Virus record (IMG/VR): IMGVR_UViG_3300032050_000023
DNA: 20,000 nucleotides
Reading direction: 5' to 3' (one strand)
Source: an uncultured virus (IMG/VR IMGVR_UViG_3300032050_000023)
Taxonomy: Duplodnaviria; Heunggongvirae; Uroviricota; Caudoviricetes
Positions 14,287 to 20,000 of this stretch are shown here, one piece after another. A model generated the notes under the pieces. That model did not search any database and was not told where the DNA came from. It saw only the letters and a list, made by a program, of their open reading frames with translations. The translations under genes and the position numbers were made by a program. Position 1 is the stretch's first letter. Each line of letters starts with the position of its first letter.

Positions 14287-17178
14287 TTAACTTGCAATTT
14301 CTGTGGCAATACAAATCTCACCACGTTCTTTTATTAATCTATTCATATCATTAAAGGATATAGTTGCTCTTCCATTTTTTCCCCAATTTTTACCCCAACT
14401 ATTTTTTATTCTAAATGTTTTGTTTTTAATATCAACACCATTAATTACATAAGCATGACCTCCTGAATTTCTACCCCCAACCCTTATAAGTCCATTTTTG
14501 TCTGGAAAAAACATATTGTAATACCAATTTGTGCCCACAACTACAGGTCCAATCTTCATTACCGTATCAATTAATGTATTTAAATCGAAAGCCCAATAGT
14601 ACGATTTTATTTTACCTATCTTTTGTAAATATTTGGCGCCAGCACGAACTGACGTTCCTGCATAGTTTTCTCCTGGCCATTCGTCAATTTTTTGAGATTC
14701 AGTATATATAATATTTGGTTTAATAATTGGAGGTATTCCACCTTGTTCTGTTGGTCCGTCTTCTAACCAATGTGACCATGAAAACCCAACACATTGAGGT
14801 GTTCTACCTTGATCTCCCCACCAACCATCGTCGTTCCAATACCTTGAGGTAATTGTTGATGATGAATTTGGTTTTACTACAGTACTTAATTTTGAAAAAT
14901 TATTTTTAATTAGATAATTTAAATCCCTCTTATCTTCTTTTTCAACCCTACCTAATTCAAACGGTAATAAAGGTTCACCTGTTGTTGTTGTGGTTGTTAC
15001 TAACGTTGTGGTGGTGGTAACAATCTCATTGTTTATACTAAATGTAAAATCATTTGTTAAACAAATTGTTGTATCACAATTTGGACAATCGGGGTCAAAT
15101 AAATCAAATTTACCTTTAAGTAGTTTAAAATTATGTTTTACCTCATCAGAACTTAAAGGTTCGACATACATTCTAAATTGAGATATAGCACCCTCAAATG
15201 TACCCCCAAAATTTTGTTCCAATAATATATTTGTATTTAAACCAGATAAAGTTGTTGCACTTAAAATATTATTTGGTAAACATTCAGGGTCTTGTATATA
15301 ATTTGAGGTCAAACCAGTACAAGAAGAAAATGTAAGATTTTCGTGTAACCCTTGAGTTCCTCCTCCCCATGAAATATTAAATGGAACTCCTATTTGTTTT
15401 TCTTTATCGGTGTTAAGACCTCTTGGTATAACCTCCTCAAAGTTTTCTTTGGTGAATATTTTTTTACCGTTAACATATATTTTTAGTCTTCCTAATCGAT
15501 ATTTTTTATCGTCTAACCATATGTTATTTAAATTAACTAACTCTATAAGTTCACCATTTTGGTCATTGTGAGTTAAAGGTGGTTTTATTAACTCAACTGA
15601 ATTACCCGCTAAAGAATCTAAGTACTCAAATTTTGTTATGTCACCCAATCCTCCATAATATTTTAAATCACAGTAATCATACCATGAATATCTTTCCCAA
15701 ACAACATCTACTAAAAACCAATGTTCTTCATTTAAAAATGCCGGATTTACTATCTCACAGTAAGGGTAAATTGGTGGAGTACAAAATTCCTCTATCGTAT
15801 AACCAGTAACATATGTTTGCCCTGTAACACAAGTCCCTGTTGTTTCACAGTCACCCGTAAACCTTAAAACTTTTACCCCTATTTGTGGATTTTTAACATC
15901 ACCACATAATTTAAATGAAATGTTGTTTGACATTACATCAAAAAGAGGGTCTGTCTCACAAGTGTTTTCTATTGATGTAAACCCTGTTGAACCGCAGTTT
16001 ATACAGTCTTTACATTCTTCACATACAGTACAACTTGGAGTACACACAGGTTTGGATATTGTACAGGTTGGTTGTGGTGTTGACGTTGGTGTTGGGGTTG
16101 GGGTTGGTAGTATTACGGTTTCACATTTGTGTGTCTGACACTCCCACCCACAAGTTTCACAAGGTTTATCATTACAACCACATCCACAACTAACCGACAT
16201 TCTTTTATCACCACCACATAAATCACATCCATAATTTATATGAGGGTCATGTTGATTGTTAATCGATCTTGGGGGATATATGTATATACATCTACTATTA
16301 GTCACTGTTTTATCACAACACGCACAAGTAGATGGACAACCACTTAAAGAATTTGTTACTCTTGTATAACCACTAAGACAATTTGGATATCCGTCCGCAT
16401 GATGGTAAAATTTATTTTCCGCCCTTGTACCAAGATAAAAAAATGTATTTTTGTTTTGAGGATATATTAGGTTAAGAGTTGTTTCACTTGATAAAGGAAA
16501 GTATTCATTTATGAGTCTAGGTTTTAATATTATTTCTACACTCCAACCCTTTGACATTCTTTCAGGTAAAACTTCATAATCAAAACCAAAAAGTTTATAA
16601 AACCCTTGATAAAAACCACCATATAATTCATGATATTTACCAACGGTTGAATCTTGTTTACTTACAATTTCATATAATGTTGTTTTGTTTATACCTGAAA
16701 ATCTTTGATTAGTTTCAGTATATCCTGTTGTTTGAAACATTTTGAATCTTCTGTCAAAATGTAATCTATCAAACTTTAAAAAATCACTATATAACCCTTT
16801 TGTAAAGTTTAAAGTTTCTCCAGTCATTTTATTAACTAATCCATTATCAATGCCAGTTAATCCTACGTCACACAAAGTTGATGAAGAAAAACAAGTTAAA
16901 TCATCATCATTTGGGTTAAAATAGTTTTGTGAAACAAAAACATTATTAGAATTAAAATTCTTATACGTCAGATTTAAACCCTGTGATGTCAATGGGTTAT
17001 TAATGTCTATATTTATTGGTAACTTGTCTCCATAAGTTTCAGCAATCAAATACGGAGAAAACACCACTTCTTCATTAAAATCTCTTTCATCAGAAGTTAA
17101 TGACATATCCATAGAATCATAAATGAGACCTATTTTTAGTTTTGGATAAACATATTGATTAATATTTTGATATGACAT
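14287..17178 (-). CDS. Large Cys-rich putative virion protein with a LamG/concanavalin-like domain and a C-terminal papain-like (C1) cysteine peptidase
   Basis: Likely start ATG 17178 (MSYQNINQY). LKIYVNGK...FEGAISQFRMYVEPLSSDEVKHNF is LamG-like. DQGRTPQCVGFSW (Gln, Cys), GGHAYVINGVD (His) and FRIKNSWGKNWGKNG (Asn) are the papain catalytic motifs. Confidence 0.75.
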   Translation of the reverse strand: MSYQNINQYVYPKLKIGLIYDSMDMSLTSDERDFNEEVVFSPYLIAETYGDKLPINIDINNPLTSQGLNLTYKNFNSNNVFVSQNYFNPNDDDLTCFSSSTLCDVGLTGIDNGLVNKMTGETLNFTKGLYSDFLKFDRLHFDRRFKMFQTTGYTETNQRFSGINKTTLYEIVSKQDSTVGKYHELYGGFYQGFYKLFGFDYEVLPERMSKGWSVEIILKPRLINEYFPLSSETTLNLIYPQNKNTFFYLGTRAENKFYHHADGYPNCLSGYTRVTNSLSGCPSTCACCDKTVTNSRCIYIYPPRSINNQHDPHINYGCDLCGGDKRMSVSCGCGCNDKPCETCGWECQTHKCETVILPTPTPTPTSTPQPTCTISKPVCTPSCTVCEECKDCINCGSTGFTSIENTCETDPLFDVMSNNISFKLCGDVKNPQIGVKVLRFTGDCETTGTCVTGQTYVTGYTIEEFCTPPIYPYCEIVNPAFLNEEHWFLVDVVWERYSWYDYCDLKYYGGLGDITKFEYLDSLAGNSVELIKPPLTHNDQNGELIELVNLNNIWLDDKKYRLGRLKIYVNGKKIFTKENFEEVIPRGLNTDKEKQIGVPFNISWGGGTQGLHENLTFSSCTGLTSNYIQDPECLPNNILSATTLSGLNTNILLEQNFGGTFEGAISQFRMYVEPLSSDEVKHNFKLLKGKFDLFDPDCPNCDTTICLTNDFTFSINNEIVTTTTTLVTTTTTTGEPLLPFELGRVEKEDKRDLNYLIKNNFSKLSTVVKPNSSSTITSRYWNDDGWWGDQGRTPQCVGFSWSHWLEDGPTEQGGIPPIIKPNIIYTESQKIDEWPGENYAGTSVRAGAKYLQKIGKIKSYYWAFDLNTLIDTVMKIGPVVVGTNWYYNMFFPDKNGLIRVGGRNSGGHAYVINGVDIKNKTFRIKNSWGKNWGKNGRATISFNDMNRLIKERGEICIATEIAS

Positions 17179-17189
17179 TCTTTTTATTT

Positions 17190-17218
17190 TATAAATACAA
17201 CATATCAAAGTATTTATA
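17190..17218. promoter_or_regulatory. Back-to-back divergent TATTTATA motifs (minus strand 17190-17197; plus strand 17211-17218)
   Basis: The 53-bp gap between divergent starts 17178 and 17232 holds one copy per strand, each oriented towards its own gene. Confidence 0.65.
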
Positions 17219-17231
17219 TAAAAAAGTATTT

Positions 17232-18194
17232 ATGTCTTATTTAGATAATATATTGACTGAGAAAAAAAATAAAACGATAGAAACTATAAGTAAAACTTTG
17301 AAGTCGTACAAAGATACTGCCGTAAGTGAGTTTAAAGAAACTCGTTTATTGGTCAGGATTATAATTGGGGCAGCAAAAGAATATATTAGGAAAAAAGATT
17401 TTGATTTAAGTGATGAGGATAAAAAATTCATCAAAGACCAATCTTCTGATATTTTGAAACTAATACCTTTAATAGTACTACAAGTAGTTCCAGGTTCTTC
17501 TATTGCTACACCATTTATAGTTAAGTTAAGTCAAAAATTAGGTATTAAACTCAACAGTAAAGTACCTGAAAAATATAAAGAAGATAAGGAAGTTAAAACT
17601 GATGGTGAAATTGATGAACTTGTTGGTGCTGACGGTTCTCCATTAGGTTCTAATATTCCGTTATTAAAATTGGACTTGCATCCAAGAAAAACTATGGACC
17701 AAACGGCAAGATCATCACGGGTAAGTCAGTTCCCTTTTATACGAGTTTACTACGGTGAATCGGAAGAAAAGGATGGAAAAATTTTAGATGAGGTTGACTA
17801 TTCAGAGGCCTTTGGTTATGAAGAAACAAGAAACGCTAAAACCTTTAAACAGTGTTTGTCGATATTCAAAGAGTTAGGAATTGACGATATTGATGATAGA
17901 AAGAGCAGATGTAAAGATTTTGGATTTGACCCAAAATTAAAAACTCAAGTAAGGGGTGCTTTTACTAAAAGAAGATTATCTGAATTAGAAAAAGAAAAGG
18001 TTGAATCGATTCTTGATGAGATTATTTTATCAAAAAGAGGAAAAAATACCGACTTAATAAAAAAAACCGAAACAGAAGAAAACGAGACAATTTTCAAAAT
18101 ACTTAAACGAAATCTTGAATCAATAAAAAATATAGCAGATAAAGAAAATATAGATATCAATAAATTAGTGAGAATTTTAAAAAAAGGTGAATAA
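17232..18194 (+). CDS. Hypothetical protein with a LETM1-like motif in the N-terminal third
   Basis: Likely start ATG 17232 (MSYLDNILTE). LSDEDKKFIKDQSSDILKLIPLIVLQVVPGSSIATPFIVKL recalls the LETM1 'D..++.P......PG....P...K' segment; the rest is charged and helical. Confidence 0.5.
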   Translation: MSYLDNILTEKKNKTIETISKTLKSYKDTAVSEFKETRLLVRIIIGAAKEYIRKKDFDLSDEDKKFIKDQSSDILKLIPLIVLQVVPGSSIATPFIVKLSQKLGIKLNSKVPEKYKEDKEVKTDGEIDELVGADGSPLGSNIPLLKLDLHPRKTMDQTARSSRVSQFPFIRVYYGESEEKDGKILDEVDYSEAFGYEETRNAKTFKQCLSIFKELGIDDIDDRKSRCKDFGFDPKLKTQVRGAFTKRRLSELEKEKVESILDEIILSKRGKNTDLIKKTETEENETIFKILKRNLESIKNIADKENIDINKLVRILKKGE

Positions 18195-18648
18195 AGATTT
18201 ATACAATAAAACTATTGATATACCAAAACCTGTTTTGGATCACTTGACTGTTTGTTTTGAAAGAGTTCCAAATTCTGATTCTAGTGTTGAGGGACACAAA
18301 AGAAACGAAGAATTAAGAAATAGTAAATACGCAACGTTTCAGCAACTAGAAAGAATTGATAATTGGTTTAGATATTTCAATGGGAATAAAGAAGACGCCC
18401 CTTATATTCTCAATGGAGGAGACTACATGAGAAATTGGGTATCTAATACAATTAGACAAATGAGAGATAATGACGGTTTCACAAAAAAAATAGATAAAGA
18501 GTATATGCCAAGTGAACCTGTTGATAAAGATTTTTTAAAGGATTTGGGTCCGATTGCAAGTATGTTCGACCCAGAAGATGACACAGATAATATAAAAATA
18601 CAAGAAAGCCTAGATAGGATAAACTATTTAATTAAAAAAACAATTTGA
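18187..18648 (+). CDS. Hypothetical phage protein
   Basis: 153-aa ORF with a GTG start overlapping the upstream stop; no family recognised. Confidence 0.7.
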   Translation: MNKDLYNKTIDIPKPVLDHLTVCFERVPNSDSSVEGHKRNEELRNSKYATFQQLERIDNWFRYFNGNKEDAPYILNGGDYMRNWVSNTIRQMRDNDGFTKKIDKEYMPSEPVDKDFLKDLGPIASMFDPEDDTDNIKIQESLDRINYLIKKTI

Positions 18649-18649
18649 T

Positions 18650-18934
18650 ATGCCAGTATTAGAACCGATGGATTATAGTCAACCAAACAATCTTCTTTCA
18701 CAGTATGCTGATTTAGAAAGAAAAAAATTAATACCTAAAAATGATTATAAAGATACATTTCAGTATTCCTCAACAAACCCTGATGCTCTGAGTGATGGAG
18801 ACATCAAAGGTAAAGGTACTGGTATTTTTTTAGATTCAATTAATGGTGGGAATAATTTGGATATTATAGAGCGTAAAGCGGAGATTGTAATAAACAAATA
18901 CAAGAAAGATAACCCATACACTAAACCAACCTAA
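18650..18934 (+). CDS. Hypothetical phage protein
   Basis: 94-aa ORF tightly packed in the operon (TAATG overlap with the next gene). Confidence 0.7.
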   Translation: MPVLEPMDYSQPNNLLSQYADLERKKLIPKNDYKDTFQYSSTNPDALSDGDIKGKGTGIFLDSINGGNNLDIIERKAEIVINKYKKDNPYTKPT

Positions 18935-19317
18935 TGAAACTTTACAATTCTTTTAAAGATGTTATTGTTGAGGTAGCCTCTATTTCTTCAGTTGTTGATG
19001 CAATTAAGAAAAAGAGACGGGTTATAATTTACTATGATGGAGATGAACCAGGAGGAAAGGGTTTGAGAATAATTGAACCTGTTTGTTTTGGTTATAGTAA
19101 AACTGGTAATCCTGTTTTAAGAGCATGGGATTTAGAAGGGTCGTCTCATAGAGGTTATCTTGGTAAAAAACCATTACCGAGTTGGAGATTGTTTAGGATT
19201 GACAAAATAATTGCATTTAAACCTACTATGGAAAAGTTCAATGAGATTAGACCTAACTATAATCCAAACGGTGATAAAAGTATGTCAAGAGTTATAATAA
19301 ACGCGATATTTGATTAA
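18934..19317 (+). CDS. Stand-alone WYL-domain protein
   Basis: DAIKKKRRVIIYY...LRIIEPVCFG...VLRAWD...WRLFRIDKI matches the WYL consensus (AI....V.+.Y...R.+EP......YL.A......R.FR+DRI). No HTH or WCX domain is present. Confidence 0.8.
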   Translation: MKLYNSFKDVIVEVASISSVVDAIKKKRRVIIYYDGDEPGGKGLRIIEPVCFGYSKTGNPVLRAWDLEGSSHRGYLGKKPLPSWRLFRIDKIIAFKPTMEKFNEIRPNYNPNGDKSMSRVIINAIFD

Positions 19318-19318
19318 T

Positions 19319-19906
19319 ATGAATTCAGAACAAGCTCTATTACAAAAATTAATGGTTTCTAAAAAAATAATGGAAAAACATGAAGTTATCGGTAGAAATC
19401 AATCACCACAAAATAACGAACAAGATATAACAGTTCAGGACTTTAAACCAGTCGCCGGAAATTACAATATACCACAAGAATTTTTATCTGAATCTGAAGT
19501 TAGACAACAAACGTATGAAAATACTGAGGATAAGATTATGAATTCAAAATTACCTGATGAGATAAAAAGATTGATGTTAGAACACCCAATCCAACAACCG
19601 GCAAGTTCGGTTAGTACACCAACGTTATCTAACGAGTTGGTTGAAAAAGCATCTCGTTTAATGAATACTAAACCAAATGGAGAATCTCCAGTCAACAATA
19701 GACAAACCGTTAATAACTCCTCTAATTCTGTTGGTATATCATCAAATGAAATAAAAAAAATAGTTAGAGAAACAGTAGAGTCTGTTTTAAAAGAAAATGG
19801 TTTGTTAACTGAATCTGAATCAAACACTAATGATATTTTTAAATTCAGAGTTGGTCAACATATTTTTGAAGGCCGATTATCCAAAATCAAAAAGATTGCT
19901 AAGTAA
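19319..19906 (+). CDS. Hypothetical phage protein
   Basis: Likely ATG 19319 (MNSEQALLQKL); low-complexity Asn/Gln/Ser linkers between helical segments. Confidence 0.7.
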   Translation: MNSEQALLQKLMVSKKIMEKHEVIGRNQSPQNNEQDITVQDFKPVAGNYNIPQEFLSESEVRQQTYENTEDKIMNSKLPDEIKRLMLEHPIQQPASSVSTPTLSNELVEKASRLMNTKPNGESPVNNRQTVNNSSNSVGISSNEIKKIVRETVESVLKENGLLTESESNTNDIFKFRVGQHIFEGRLSKIKKIAK

Positions 19907-19921
19907 GTAATTTTTTTTTCA

Positions 19922-19950
19922 TTGATATTAAAATATTTTCTTCATATATT
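19922..19950 (+). promoter_or_regulatory. Sigma70-like promoter TTGATA-17 bp-TATATT
   Basis: -35 at 19922-19927 and -10 at 19945-19950, 15 nt before ATG 19966. Confidence 0.55.
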
Positions 19951-19965
19951 TTCATAAAAAACTAT

Positions 19966-20000
19966 ATGAGCAAAATAAATGTTTTAGTACTACCATCTGA
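19966..20000 (+). CDS. Start of a CDS running off the right edge (MSKINVLVLPS...), possibly a GT-B glycosyltransferase
   Basis: ATG after an A-rich leader and a promoter. The N-terminal hydrophobic strand resembles the first strand of a Rossmann fold, but only 11 codons are visible. Confidence 0.35.
   Translation, partial: MSKINVLVLPS

Noticed and set aside
17172..17231. Upstream starts in the track (17208 minus, 17172 plus) that make the divergent genes overlap
   Set aside because: ATG 17178 and ATG 17232 remove the overlap and place a TATTTATA motif at a consistent distance from each start.
13852..19827. Short opposite-strand track ORFs (13852-14094, 14529-14711, 14990-15181, 15579-15809, 15920-16193, 16742-16924, 17237-17434, 17945-18160, 19462-19827); also 6473-6721, 7291-7473, 7852-8037 and 9387-9593 further left
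   Set aside because: All are fully nested in longer, motif-supported CDSs and show no recognisable motifs or leaders.
1..20000. Eukaryotic giant-virus origin, suggested by the GT60, mucin-like and papain domains
   Set aside because: Tightly coupled operons, GTG starts, sigma70-like promoters, WYL and BppU-like domains and fibre/chaperone pairs fit a tailed phage better. It is not formally excluded, since no hallmark capsid or terminase gene is in the window.
1..20000. Genome-wide TAG-to-Gln recoding
   Set aside because: All long ORFs are intact under the standard code and use CAA/CAG for Gln; only one in-frame TAG was seen.

Overview
Strongly AT-rich, gene-dense window that reads as part of a large tailed-phage genome. 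A Bacteroidota-type host is inferred from A-rich leaders that lack a Shine-Dalgarno sequence. Positions 1-17178 form a minus-strand block of probable virion fibre/appendage genes. These include three proteins with long mucin-like Pro-Thr (PTVT/TPTPT) tracts, each directly followed by a fibre gene with a shared N-terminal 'I-x-x-L(P)' motif: a beta-helix protein, a fibre with an S74 chaperone, and a fibre with an adhesin-like insert. The block also holds a large Cys-rich LamG-like protein fused to a papain-like protease. Embedded in it is a five-gene glycan operon: a GT60/PF11397-type alpha-GlcNAc transferase, a GT90/GT47-like transferase, two SAM methyltransferases and an HtrL/YibB + GT-A fusion. 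The lead hypothesis is a phage-encoded mucin-type O-glycosylation system that decorates its own Pro-Thr stalk proteins. Positions 17232-20000 are a divergent plus-strand block (LETM1-like-motif protein, stand-alone WYL protein, hypotheticals). Two ORFs missing from the supplied track were found by manual translation: 1-1707 (open at the window edge) and 11011-11268 (one in-frame TAG). All family assignments come from motif recognition by eye, not from database searches.
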